Both the position numbers and the translations under genes were made by a program. A DNA stretch of 63,200 nt, counting the filler, from Vannella sp. (taxonomy: Eukaryota): assembly GCA_023345925.1 (NCBI GenBank). It is 9 parts of 9 records of this genome, joined end to end, with 100 filler letters (N's around TTAATTAATTAA, not from the genome) between each part and the next. Parts side by side here need not be neighbours in the genome. Positions count along the whole stretch, not along the records: positions 25,112 to 29,937 come from JAJQQN010000437.1; positions 30,038 to 37,659 come from JAJQQN010000472.1; positions 37,760 to 47,856 come from JAJQQN010000165.1; 6 more parts are not named here. One strand, 5' to 3'. The notes under the pieces are model-generated. The model saw only the letters and a program-made list of their open reading frames with translations, was not told the origin of the DNA and did not search any database. Positions 25,172 through 37,784 of this stretch are shown here, piece by piece. The first letter of the stretch is position 1; each line of letters opens with the position of its first letter.

Positions 25172-26288
25172 TCAGGAGGTGATGGCCTCAGTACTGAAAG
25201 TCCAGCCAGCTACAAGATGCTCTTTCATCTGTTCAGATAGGAGAAGACTTTTGGCATCCAGCGGATTCTCTTCCAACTCGCAAACTCGCAGCTGGCGGAG
25301 ATTGAGGAGGCTCGTGGGTAGTTCAATGATTTGGTTTTGAGACAAATGAAGAAATTTGAGCTCCTCCATTGCTCCCAGCTCTTCTGGAATCACAATAATT
25401 TGATTGTTGTTGAGTTGAAGAATCTCCAGATGCCTCAAATGGACCAAATCATCCGGTAATGAATTGATTTGATTATCATTGAGATAGAGCTTGTCTAATT
25501 GATGGCATTGGAGGATCCCTGGGGGAAATAGCGCGATAGAATTGCTGCCAATGTAGAATTCAGTTAGGTTTGAAAGCTCTCCGACCTCATTGGGGATACA
25601 TTGGATCTTGTTGTTGTTCAAATAAAGCTTTTCTAATGATTCCATACCCCCAATTGAAGATGGAAGGCTCCGGAGCTGGTTATTGTTGCAAAAAAACTTT
25701 TCAACTTTCTTCCACTCTCCGATGCCTTCTGGCAGCTCTTCCAGCTGATTATCATTGAAAGCCACGTATGTTAATTCCACCAGTTGGGATAACTCGTTAG
25801 GGAGAGCGCGCAATCGACTGTTGTTGATATGAAGAACCTTCAAACACCTCCATTCACCCATAGCCGACGGTAAAGGGTGTTCTAAAGGCAGGTCATTCAA
25901 ATAGGCTTGCTTCATCTTCTTCCAAGCACCAATCACGTCTGAGAGAGCACTTATGGGGTTGTTGCTGAAGATCTGATAAGCGAAATGAAGCTCCTTGTCC
26001 TCCTTACCTGATGTTCAGCTCTTCTAGAGAGACCCAAGCCTTAGTCCAAGCTGGCATATCGTTCAATTGGTTGTTCATGACGTAGAACAGGGCCAAGTTG
26101 GTCATTCCAGCAGCCCATTCAGGAACAACCGTCAACTGATTGTCCTGCAGCCAAACCTCCTCTACCCCTCCCAACTCCCGTGGCACCATGGAGAGTGGAA
26201 CCTCCAAAAGCCCCTTTTTCGCTAGAGAAAGCGCTTTCTCCACCCTTTGCACAGGCTTGTCCGCCTGCCTCGAGCCACCAGCCCCCAT
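25172..26288 (-). CDS. Leucine-rich repeat protein (possible N-myristoylation MGAGGS), 1 intron
   Basis: Repeated LxxLxLxxNxLxxLP units over ~300 aa. Confidence 0.9.
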
Positions 26289-26661
26289 CAAATGAGCCCA
26301 AAAAGTACCTCAATCAAAATATATAAAAAGTTCATTGGTAAAGGTCCCGATCGAATTTAAAGGTTCTTTTCACCCTTGACCAGTTCGTACCACCGTGGAC
26401 TCGGCCATGAACGCTCTCATTTGCTCCTTTGAATCTCCGCACTCCCAAAAAAGCGCCATCTAAATAATCGACCTAAAAAAGAGAATATCCGATGGTAGAG
26501 CAAAGACAAAAAAGAGAAGCGAATTCCCGAAACTTCCTTTTACGGATTTTTTCCCACCTGGGAACGGTTCAGCCTGAGCGCTTCCAAAGCCTCCTTTTGG
26601 GCGAAACACTTCCTTCTGATTCTTGGTCTGGGAAGTGCTCCATCACGAGCATTGCTAGAGG

Positions 26662-28290
26662 ATGACTGCTCAGCTTCCTGTGGAGATAGTGCAGCATATC
26701 TTCTTGTTTGTACTCTCCCCTTATACTAATCTCCAGTCCTTTGCTTCCCTCCCGTTGGTTTGTCATCAGTGGAGAGCATGCCTCGACGAATACTTCTGGT
26801 CCCTCTTCCATGAGCAATACCTCGGTGGACCAGCACCTGCTACGGGCTTATGGAAGCTCCATTGCGAACAAAGCCTTTTGCATCTGTACGCCCCGAACAT
26901 CAGCGTCTACACTCTCTTGCCTTCCTCTCTCCGAGGATACGAAGGAGACACTACTCAACCTACAATAAGCACTATCGGAACAGCCTTGTTTGCGGCCCAA
27001 CGAGGCCACCATCGACTCCTCTCGTTTGTCCTTCGCCAACGTCCTCAACTGGCCAAGGAAAGAGCCAGACGTGGTCGCTCTGCCCTCTATTACGCTGCCC
27101 GAGGAGGACACGTACAAGCGGTGCTTCATGTGCTTGAAAGTGGCGCGGATGTCGACATGCGACTCCCAGATGGCACGACATCGCTGCACTCGGCCGCTCA
27201 GTATGGCCGTTTGGAGGTTACTAATACTCTCCTCCAACATGGAGCGCAGATTGACCTGAAACGGCAGTCGGGGGCGACGGCGCTTTACCTTGCCGCCCAA
27301 GAAGGTCATTTGAGGGTGGTGGAGTGTCTGTTGCAGCATGGTGCTTCTACTCTGATTGGAAATTCTCATGGAGCTACTCCCCTGGCTGTTGCTGCACAAC
27401 GGGGACACACGTCCGTTGTAACGCTTTTAGTTCAACATCGAGCTGATCTTGGTTCCTTCGGGCCGAGTATGACCTCCGCACTTCATCATGCTACCCACAG
27501 TGGCAACCTGGAGACTGTAGAAGAGATCCTTCGTCTGGGCGGAGTGGACCAAATGCAGTCTGGAAGAAGGTCTTCCCTCTCTTTGGCCTGTGCCCAAGGG
27601 AACGTCCCAATGTGCAATCTTCTTCTTCACCACGGCGCTGAATGGCAGAAAGAGTGCCTGTACTTAGCAGCACAATCAGGGAATCTATCTCTAGTCGAGA
27701 AATTGGTCCGCGAGGAAGGATTCGACATCAACCTGTTAGTTTGCGACGGAACGCCTCTCATCTCTGCTATCCAATCCGGCCAACTCTCCGTCATTCAGTG
27801 GCTGATCGAGGAGGGTGCGGACGTTAACTTTCCCCTGGAACACAGTCCTTTGTGTGTCGCGGCACAGTACAACGTTTCTTTGGAGGTCTTCAAAGTTCTC
27901 TTGACGGCCGGTGCTCGTGTGAATGAGATGTTCTTTGGAGTTCATTCTCTACACTTTGCAGCGGCCTGGGGTAGGGAGGATGTGGTACGCCTTCTATTGA
28001 AGCGAAAAGCAAATCCGAATTTTCCGGCTGGTCGTCACTTTGGTCTTCCTCAGATACAACGAGGCGATACTCCTCTTCATGGTGCTGTCCGAAGTGGGAA
28101 ACACACCATTGTTAGTCTCCTTCTTGGAGGAGGAGCTGACACGGGCATCCTGACTGCTTCTGGTGATTCACTATACACACTAAGCCGGCGGCAGGACGAT
28201 GTTGAGACCCAACGGCTCGTCCAACGCTATCGGTCTACGAGTCCAACATTCACCAGGGCCAGACGCATTGTCACTCGATGGATGCAATAG
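26662..28290 (+). CDS. F-box + ankyrin repeat protein, single exon
   Basis: N-terminal LPVEIVQHIF...LPLVCHQWR F-box; ~10 GxTPLHxAA-type ankyrin repeats. Confidence 0.9.
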   Translation: MTAQLPVEIVQHIFLFVLSPYTNLQSFASLPLVCHQWRACLDEYFWSLFHEQYLGGPAPATGLWKLHCEQSLLHLYAPNISVYTLLPSSLRGYEGDTTQPTISTIGTALFAAQRGHHRLLSFVLRQRPQLAKERARRGRSALYYAARGGHVQAVLHVLESGADVDMRLPDGTTSLHSAAQYGRLEVTNTLLQHGAQIDLKRQSGATALYLAAQEGHLRVVECLLQHGASTLIGNSHGATPLAVAAQRGHTSVVTLLVQHRADLGSFGPSMTSALHHATHSGNLETVEEILRLGGVDQMQSGRRSSLSLACAQGNVPMCNLLLHHGAEWQKECLYLAAQSGNLSLVEKLVREEGFDINLLVCDGTPLISAIQSGQLSVIQWLIEEGADVNFPLEHSPLCVAAQYNVSLEVFKVLLTAGARVNEMFFGVHSLHFAAAWGREDVVRLLLKRKANPNFPAGRHFGLPQIQRGDTPLHGAVRSGKHTIVSLLLGGGADTGILTASGDSLYTLSRRQDDVETQRLVQRYRSTSPTFTRARRIVTRWMQ

Positions 28291-28348
28291 TCAACCTATT
28301 GAAAACTGGCGGCAAGGTAAAGGTAAACTGTATTGATAGAAGCTGTCC

Positions 28349-29937
28349 TCAAATGGGGGAAGGGAGGGCATGAACGGCGAAATCGGCAAAGACAGGGCGG
28401 TGGTCACTCAAGTACTCTTGGCGTTTGGTGCATTCTGCCCCATATTTAGCCCACAGTTCATGTGCAAAGGCAGCTTGGATAGTCACTCCACGGAGAGGTT
28501 CATTGACGAAGATATGGTCCAACATGGCCTTTTGGTTGTTGACTTGGTCCACGTAGTCGTCGAAGATGCAGCTAAACTGGTCCTTTTTGGCCACAAACTC
28601 GTCCTGATTCAACACAGGGAATAGCATTGCATCTCGACGGAATGAGTTGCCCATTAAAACGTCAACACTGTCAAAGAGAAGGTAAAACTCCTCGAAGAAG
28701 TCCATGCCGGGACCGTCATTCAGATCTCCGGAAACGATGATGAGTGGGTGAGGGTAGTCCTGGTATAAAACCTCTTCAATACACTTGCGGACACGACCAC
28801 TAACAACTCCAGTCAATGGGTGATAAGAGACAAGAGCGGAGTAGTCTTTGCTTACCACTCAGAAGCGATTTTCCTCCGATTCTCGATGGATTTGCGGATG
28901 AATTGCTTCTTCTCATCTGCAGAACCACTCCAGAGTTGTTCTCCATTCTGAATGAACTTGGATTTGGAGTGAATGGCGGTGAAGAAGATGGGGCGGGATT
29001 CCCCTCGGACATCAATGTCAGCTTGGATGATGACTGGTCGTCTAGTAAAGTGATATTCCTTGATCTGAAGGTCACCTTGAAGATCAAAGAACCACGGCTG
29101 GGATAGGAATGTGTCCCCCTTGGCGTAAATCTTTGCGTTACGAACTGGTCCATCGCGTTTTACAAGGATGTAGACTCTCTGACTCACACCATCAATACCA
29201 CTACTATATGTAAGGAATTATCCATTCGATCGCTACACCAGGAGAGCATACCCGAAGCACTGGAAGGCACCTTGAAGAAAAGTCACATTAAAGAGTTCCA
29301 TTCGGGCCAAAGAAGCTGGACCCTCCAGAATGGCAAGCACATCAGGATTGAGCTCTTGAATAGCTTTCCCAATCCGAGTACAAAGATCATGGACATCGCT
29401 AATGCCACAGCTTGGATTGTCCCTCTTGAACTCCGTTTCGCTCTCGAAAAAGTAATCCATCCATTCAATGTTCCAGTTGCAGTAGCGTAGATGCTCCCTC
29501 AAGGTTTCTCTCTCTAGGATCACTGGAATACTCTCGGTTTGGCACACTTGGCCTTGAGTGGACAGGGCGGACTCTCGGAATGTCTTCATGAGCGTCCGAA
29601 AGATGGCTTCTTGCTCTTTCTGGGCTGAATATAGGTTTCAGGAGCCCCTCTACTCCTATAGATAGAGGACTTACCTTTCAGTTCAGCTGGGGACACCTTC
29701 TTGAGAGAGACAGTGTGATGACCTCGTTCCCCCACAGACTCGTGGGCCAACCCAAAGAGTTCTGCGATGGCGTGAACCTTCTTACGTTGGAGTCCGTCCA
29801 AGCTACTTGGGAAGAGCATGATGTCGTCTGCACCACTCATAAAGAGCGCGATTTCGTCATAATACCTCCCCGCATCCTCATCCCCCTCCGGTCGAGGCGG
29901 AAGCACAGCAGATGGCTTCTTCCCCTTCCCCTTACCA
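28349..29937 (-). CDS. R3H domain + endonuclease/exonuclease/phosphatase (EEP) domain protein, 5' truncated
   Basis: R3H FPSSLDGLQRKKVHAIAELFGLAHESVG; EEP NWNIEW, PDVLAILEGP, IHSKSK, SGDLND, LDHIFV, SDHRPV. Confidence 0.85.
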
Positions 29938-30037
29938 NNNNNNNNNNNNNNNNNNNNNNNNNNNNNNNNNNNNNNNNNNNNTTAATTAATTAANNNNNNN
30001 NNNNNNNNNNNNNNNNNNNNNNNNNNNNNNNNNNNNN
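29938..30037. other. Artificial contig-joining spacer
   Basis: N44-TTAATTAATTAA-N44. Confidence 0.99.
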
Positions 30038-30726
30038 CAATAGACACCTCCGCCTCCCCCTTCTCCCCCTTCACCTCCTCCGTGAGCATAACAGGTAAGA
30101 TGACATCCTCCTCAGCATGAGCAAAGGCCTTGGGAGACCATCAGAATAAAGCCCATTTATCCCCTCCCTCCTGATTGGCTCAAATTGCCCTTTCTCCGAA
30201 AATTACCTTTTTTGGGCAACCCCAACTCCGCTCCAGAACTTCAGCTTTGACACTTCTTGAACGGACGGACATGTTGACGTTGGTTGACTCTGCGCAGTCC
30301 TCTCGGTGGCATACCCCCACGCTCTTTGCTTCTCTTTCTTCCCGTCTCCGTTTCCCTTTCTGCATTTCCTCCTCATCCCCTGCTTGCTGACCGCCCTTGA
30401 TCTCGACTCCATCAGTCACTTTGAGCGCCTCAACTCTCACTCTCTTTCAGCTTCGTGAACCTTCTCCAACAACCTTGGTAGGAGCATTCTGGAAGGAGGA
30501 TTCTATCCGTGAACTCGAAAAGGCTTTGCTGACTCTCAATCCGGTCTCGGTCACAAGAACAGTGATCGATTACATGTCACCAAATGGCCCCTCCACCCTT
30601 CAGCGAGCAAGGGAGACGATATCTGTCTTCTTCTGTAAATGCAGGACTCCCCTTTAGGAGAATGAGAATGAGAATGAGGTGAGCGTCTACTCGAAGATTC
30701 AATTCAACCGAACTGCAATATCTGGC

Positions 30727-33700
30727 TTATTGTCGAGGGGGAATGGAGTGAAGGAAACGAGGGATGTCCGCTGTTTCTAGATCCATTCGGAGGAGCTGCT
30801 GGATAACCGCCTCTGATTGAGAAGAGTAGGAGGTGGAGCGGGGGCGGACTGGAATCCCTTGTTGGAGGCATCTTGCCACCTCTTTTGCTCGTTCGGTGAT
30901 GGCGAGGGGAACTCCAGCCAACTTGGCACAGCTCACGCCCCAGCTCTTGCTTGTTTCAGGCTCCACTCCATTACAGACACTAATGGTGAATCAGTTACAG
31001 CCACTAGAATCATGAAATTGTGCGTACGTGTACAAGTAAACCACCTCAGTGTCTCCTTGCTCCGTGAAGGTCTCTGCCAAGTACGCCATTCTCAAGAAAT
31101 CCATTCCTAAAGAGCGAGGAAGAACGGAAGGGTTCAAAAGCTCTTGGAAATGGGTGCCAATGAGACACTTGGCTTTGTTCTCCTCCACCAAGTGGCGGAT
31201 GGAAGCAGCCATCAAGGCGATTCCATCTGAATCATCGGTTATCTCAGAGAGCATCTAAGGAAGAAGGAGAGGCCAAAGTAACTTACCATAGGGAAGTGTG
31301 CCCTTCCCGAACTCGTCAATGAGCACCAGAGAATGAGGTGTCGCATTGTGGAGCATCTGAGCGACTTGCTTCAAATCAATGAAGAAGGAGCCTTGAAGAC
31401 ATCAGAACGATACCCAGAATTTTGAATTCTTACTTTCTGGTCGTGCTGAGGTCTCCTGTGTTTGAATACGAGAAAAAAGGCGATCAATCCTTCCAATTGA
31501 AGCTGAAAGAGCTGGGACGAAAGATCCCAAGAGGGCCATGTAGCAGAGCAATCCAACTTGCTTCATATACACTGATTTGCCGGAGTAGTTGGGCCCGAAG
31601 AGCAACTGAGTGTGACCCTTTGTGCCTTCCCTTTCCCCGTTAGCAAGCGAATCTGCAGGTTCTATCAGTTCCAACCCACCTATGTTGATTTGAGTATCAT
31701 TCGGGACAAATTGATCCACACAAAGCTCTTGAAGAGGATGTCTGCCTTCCTTGATAACGATGTGGTTTTGCTCGTTCAGTTGGGGTTTGACCCATTTGTA
31801 CTCAACAGCTGACTCAGCAAATGACAGAAGGCTATTGGCGGTTAGAAATTGTCTCAAAGTCTTTGTCTCACCAATCCAAATGAGCAAACTCATCAGTGAG
31901 GCGGCACAACTGATCGTGAGAATCCATCACAACACCCGCCAAGTGCCGGATGAGTCTGCTCTCCAAATCCACAATAGAGCAGTAGATGTCTGTGTTCCAT
32001 ATCAATAAGGCCCACTTCAAATCCCCACCCGAACTCACCTCCAATGTGCTGATCAAGCTCTTGTACTCCAGGACTCTTGTAGAAAACGAACTGCTCGGTG
32101 TAGAACTTTTTCCGGACAAAATTAGTGAATGAGCAAAGCGGTTGATCTATCTACCTGGTACGCAAGACCTCCCATAGTGAATGTAATCTGCTCTTCAAGA
32201 GAGTAATCGAACAGTATTGGCACAGCGACGAGAAATCCGATTTGGGGGTAATAGACGCATTTCATCGCCGGTACTTCGGGGTGATTGTACTTGAGGAACT
32301 CTTCGCGAGCAAACTCTGTCTGCAAATCCAGCTCACAATTATTCTTATAGCTCTTAACAGCAGACATCTCTCACCAAAAACTCATCGAGTCCATCAAACA
32401 CTTGGCGCAGTTCGTCCAACTCCTCAAGGATTCCTTCCTTTGGGATCATCCTCCGCTCTTTTTTGGAAGCATCAAAATTGATGTTGTCCACAAGCGCTGC
32501 CAAAAGCTTGTCCAGAGAGTTGTTGCAAACATCAATGATCTGTCTCCACGTTCGTAAGGTCTCATGGCCTCCAGAAATTTACCCTCACCCTCACAATCGA
32601 AGGAATCGTGCGTTCCCCGCAGCCACGGAGCATCTCAGCAACAGTCATTCCGCTCACAATACTCTGTAGACCTTTGAGTTAGAACCATTGCTGCGTATCT
32701 TCACTCCTACTTCGAAGAGCATCATCCAATCTCCCACTGTTGCAGAAGCATTCAAAAGTCTTCCTAGAATGCGCGGCACGTCTCTCATTTTTCGTAGCTG
32801 CTTGCCAATGCCAGTAACAAGCTCTCGATTGCCTGGTTGCATTAGAAACGTGACTGTGCGTTGCCTCTCCCTCAGCATTTCAAAGTCAAGAATTGGACGC
32901 AAAAACCACTCTCGCAGGAGTCTTTTTCCACAAGGGGTTTTGCATCGATTGATCACCCCAAAGAGGCTTAGTCCTAGCTTAATCTGAGGAACCCTCTTTA
33001 GCGTCTCGTCTCATTCTTACCCTCCTTTGCTTTGCCAATGAGATGAACGCTGGGATGTAGCTCTGTCTTAAAGACCTGCAATGCTAAGAGAGTATTGCGA
33101 TTCACCAACATCGTCCCCTCGCTTTCCAATCATTAGTTCAATTCGATCGTCAAGAGAAGACTCTCACAGCGTCAAGAGTTTGATCCGATTGATCCTCACA
33201 GGAACCCCTTCGCCTTCAAGTTGATTGATTTCTCCACTTCTCAACAAAGAGGAGAATAATGCACCCAGCGCTGCAACCTGTTCTCATGTGAGGAGTGCTA
33301 AGGACTGCTTACTCACAATCTCCTTATCGTGATCAACCAGATTCAGAAGCTGATCAAGCCTTTGCTCTGCTGTCCATGAGTCTTGAAACGATGGGAGGGT
33401 GAGAAGAAGCAATGTGGATTTCGAGTTCTTCAAATCAAATGAATTAGCTGATTCGTAGCAGCACTCTTTGCCTATGAATAGGTTTGAGTGAATCTGCAAC
33501 CACTCTCAGAAGGAACGCACCGGAGTTCAAGAGGTACTGCTTCAGAGAATCTGTGCACTTGGTAGAGGCTATCACCTTTCGTGGCTGTAGTTCATCAAGA
33601 ACTGAATGAAGAGGTCACTGCAGGTTCTCATCATGTTTTTCGCGCCTACCAGTGGCTAGAAGAGAGAAATCATCGAACTCGGAGCCTGAAGCTACTGAAA

Positions 33701-33908
33701 CTTCCGCAGAGTCACTACGAAAGGCCGCAACCCCCAGTCTAGTTTGGGAGATGAATAAGGCGAAAGCTGATACGGGTGTTCCTCACCTGTCCCCTTTCAG
33801 GTGTAGAGAAAGCGTAACACGTTCCTCCTCAACGGGTTAGCAGAGAATGCATGAGAGTATCGCCCTTACATCCAACGGATCCAACGGATCCACTTCCTCT
33901 TCGTCCAT
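30727..33908 (-). CDS. MSH5: MutS homolog 5 (meiotic crossover), many introns
   Basis: [76 protein letters not shown]...[24 protein letters not shown]. Confidence 0.92.
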
Positions 33909-33956
33909 GAGGAGAAGAAAGAGAAAGAAAGAAAGAAAGAGCTGTGGCGTGAGAGA

Positions 33957-33978
33957 CGTAAATATCTAGATATTTACG
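33957..33978. promoter_or_regulatory. Perfect 22-bp palindrome CGTAAATATCTAGATATTTACG upstream of MSH5
   Basis: Self-reverse-complementary; ~50 bp upstream of the inferred MSH5 ATG; contains GTAAATA on both strands. Confidence 0.5.
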
Positions 33979-34040
33979 CGGGCTTTAGATGGTTCGTTTG
34001 ATAGTAGTGGGAATTGAAAAGGGAAGAAATTATAGTATAT

Positions 34041-37000
34041 TCACATCACCTCGAGGCGAGTCTCAATCCAGCGATGCAGTTTGGCGGTTCGTTTGGGGCA
34101 GCGGAACGAATTCGCTTTGTGGAGTCGGCCAGGGCGGAAGAAATAGTCTTCCGTCTCTTCCACCCAAAAGTGGCGATACGTGCTCGTGCAGATCTTGCAC
34201 TCAAGGCCGTTGTGGATGATAGCCTGTCCAATGGGTAAATCTGTGGAGGTCTTCTTCTGGTTCCGAAGGAGGAAGATTTTGTGCTGTCCGCTGGAAGAAC
34301 TTTCATAATCTTGATCTTCTTGAACTGCAGAAGAAGAGGACTTGGTGCTTCTCTCCACCATTGGCTCTAACTCCACAATTGAGGGCTGCTGCGCTGTACC
34401 GAGCATTTGGATGGAAAACTCTCCTTCCTGCAAACTAGTCAGAGAAGAACTTGTTTCTTGGAGAAGAGAGTCAGTGACTTACAGGCATGAAATACTTGAA
34501 CTTGAAGCACCGCTCCTCTCCGGTGATGTTAATTGCATTGGTGTGATAGATGGACTCCAGGAAGCCATTGCTGCGGCTGGCCTCGTAAGAGTGTAACTTG
34601 AAAAGCTTGGAGGAGGTACCTTCCAAGAAGATTGACATGATCTACGAGGAGGGGTTAGAAAGGTGTCTTGACTGGAGTGCAACTGCATACCGATTTGACG
34701 AGCACGTGCAGAAGTCTATCAAGTGTGAATAGGACATAGGAAGAAATGCCAAAGAGCTCTCGACATGAATCTTCATATCTGTTCGAGTCTGTTGTTCCTT
34801 CAATTAGGGGCCGAAGAACTTTGTCCAAAAAGAAGTTATAAATCTCTCCTGCGGAGTCAAAGTGCTGGCGAGCATCCTTCTTGGGTGAGAACGAAGCCAT
34901 TAGTGATTTGGTCACATCAACGGGGGACTGCTTTGAAAAGGCTACTTCGGACATTGCTCGAGCCTCTGATAATCTCTCGTAGAGCAATTGGTAGAATCTG
35001 AAGAAAACGTAAAACGAATTGTTGCCAAAGAATAGGCCAAACGAGTCAGCCTTGGACCCATCTTGGCCCTCAGAGACAAAGAACTGATTGATGAAACTCT
35101 GAACAGACTCGGCCATCTTCTCGGGCTCTCCTGTTGAGGTACCCATTCGCTGAGATTGCACATTGATCAACTGCGCGATGTCCTTCAGGACCAAGGAATC
35201 CTTCATAGTGTAGGAGAGGGTGTCAGATTCTGGATTCGCGGGAGTTTGGCCAAAATCTTCCTTGATCTCCGCCAGTAGCTCTCGAGGGTTGAGGAGCTTC
35301 TTCTCCTTTGCCTTGAAGTTGCCAGACTGGTGATCCAAGGAGCGGTAATAATTTTTCTCATTCTCCTCCTCCCAAACGCAACTCCACTTCATTCGGGCAG
35401 CGCGCCATTCGGCATCTTTCTGTTGCAAACGCCTCAGCACAATTGGTACAGTCACAATTGGGTTCTCGTTAAGCGACTGGATGACTGCCATTCCTTTCAC
35501 TCCATAAATACGTTGGATGTTTCGCAGGTGGACGATGTCAATGCCGTGTTTGATGCGGAGGTGAGAGGAATCTTCCTCGGAATACTCTGCCAACTCCTTG
35601 ATGATAGCATTCAGAGCAAGAGTGGCAGAGAAGTTGATGTCAATCGCCATATCCAGTGCGTAGCGGCCATCCTCACATCGGAAGAGGGCTTCCTCAAACT
35701 GGTTCTTTCGAGAGGCCTTAAATCCTTCCTCTGTTCCGGTAGAGATGGAGACCCAAGAGTCGTTTAAGACCTCATTGCAGAGCTCTGTTCTACCAGAGCA
35801 GCGGCGAACAATACCTCCATCAGGAGGAGCTCGGTAACTTGGTCCGTATCGCTTCCAAGATGTCACATCGATTGGATTCCGTTCAACTGGGACGGCATCA
35901 TAGAGGATTGGGCTGTCTTCGTTGCGAGGAGACGAATAGGGGACATCTTCAAACTCGCAGAATTGACGAAACTCGGTGTACAGCTCAGGGTATTCGGAAA
36001 ACAGGTCTCGCACGATCACAAGGAGGTCGGTTTGGGACAGAATGCCATCATTGAACAACCGAAGGGTCTTCATGAACTCGTCATACAACAGGGACTCATT
36101 GCGGAGCTGTCGCTTGGCCGAGTCGAAAAAGTTGTAGTCGTTGGCGCTCGGAGTGCGAACAGGAGACAGGGAGTGATCAAGATTGGATTTTCGCTTTCGG
36201 GTGGTCTAAAAGTATAATAAAAAGCAATTGTAAGTAAAAGAGGCAAATTTGAGGGGTTGACGGGAAGATTTCAAGGAAACTTACCGGTTTAGATCGTCGG
36301 GTGCGGGGGGAGTTGTTGGAGGCTGAGTTGTCGGGAAGGAACTGTTTGAACTCTCCGAGAAGATCAGTGTGATCTTTGAAAAGGACAGCCACTTGATCGT
36401 ACACGTGTCCGATGGTGTTGTGTTCCTCGTGGAAGGTGTGAAGGATGCGAAGGAAGGACTTGTAGACGTCAGGGCGAGACTCAAATCGCACCTGCAAGAC
36501 TTGTGAGAAGAGGGCGAACGGTTACCAGAAGGGGAGGGAGCCTCACCTTGATTTTCTTGACGTAGTTGCGAGCATGTTCCAGCTCAGGTTGCTTTTCATC
36601 ACCAGTTTCTTGTGGAGAAGTACTTGGAGGACTGGACTTTCGAGGGAGGGACGAGACAACGCCAGAGGCTTCAATCTGGAGCGATCCTTGGGTCAAGGAG
36701 GAGGCAGGCGGGAGTACGTGAGCTCCAAGATGAGGACGTTGGTTTGGAAACACCGAACTGGAGGGGGGAGCTCCTCGTTGAGAGGAGAAGCTCTGAGAGT
36801 CAGGCGCAGTTTGGAAGCGATTCTGGAGGATGTCGTTTTGGGTGATCTTGTAGCCTTCAGGAAGGAACCGATTGAAGCCGAGAATGAGATGATCGTGCCC
36901 ACGGAAGAGGTCGGATACACGCTGTATGACGCCGGGGGTGTCGATTCTGGTGGGGGCCGTTAGGTTGGTCACGTCAAGTAAACAGGGTAAAAGAAATGCG

Positions 37001-37659
37001 AGAAAACATGATAGAGTAGTAAGGGGAGGAGTACGTACTCGTGAAGCTTAAATTCCTTCATGATGCGAAGAAACTGCTTGTAAACTCGCGGTGAACCTTC
37101 GAACTGGAGCTTCACTTGATCTAGAAACTCCAGTGCTGTCTCAAACTTGACTGGCTGTGGAGAAGGGGTTGCAGGCACTTGCGATGGCGACGAAGGAGGG
37201 AACGAATTGGGAGGGTTCGCCATCGCCACTTCGCGAGCCCCGTGACTCGAAGCTTGCGGAGACATCGGAAATGTTGGAGTAGGTGCTGGTAAACTAAAAA
37301 GAGTTAGCCTCCCTGTACCATTAAGGGCGTAGAGGGCGAGTGGACTCACGTGGGACGGAAGGTTGCCGCTGCGGGATACGTTTGGGGAGCACTCATTGGT
37401 GAAGGGCGCACTCCAAAAGCCTCGGTAGTGGTTGTAGTTTGTGAGTTGTCTTGAAAAGCAGTGGCGTCCATGCCCTGTTTAGGAGCTACTCGACGATACT
37501 TGGGTGCTGAAGGATCACCTTGGAGAAGGCTCCCATCCTCCCGTTGTCGCTTTGACATCAGGTCCTGGGGTTGAGGCGAGGTCACTTGAACGGAGTGTAT
37601 GTGATCGAGAGCCAACAGAGCGTGCCGCACAGGCAAGCCAGCGAGAGGATGGACCAAGA
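34041..37659 (-). CDS. SIN3: SIN3 co-repressor (3 PAH domains, HID, Sin3 C-terminal), multi-exon; start uncertain near contig end
   Basis: [94 protein letters not shown]. Confidence 0.95.
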
Positions 37660-37759
37660 NNNNNNNNNNNNNNNNNNNNNNNNNNNNNNNNNNNNNNNNN
37701 NNNTTAATTAATTAANNNNNNNNNNNNNNNNNNNNNNNNNNNNNNNNNNNNNNNNNNNN
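37660..37759. other. Artificial contig-joining spacer
   Basis: N44-TTAATTAATTAA-N44. Confidence 0.99.
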
Positions 37760-37784
37760 TTCCCTCATTTCACCTGGATTGCCT

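Noticed and set aside
30038..30657. Short ORFs on both strands after the spacer
   Set aside because: No consistent exon structure or family motif could be built.
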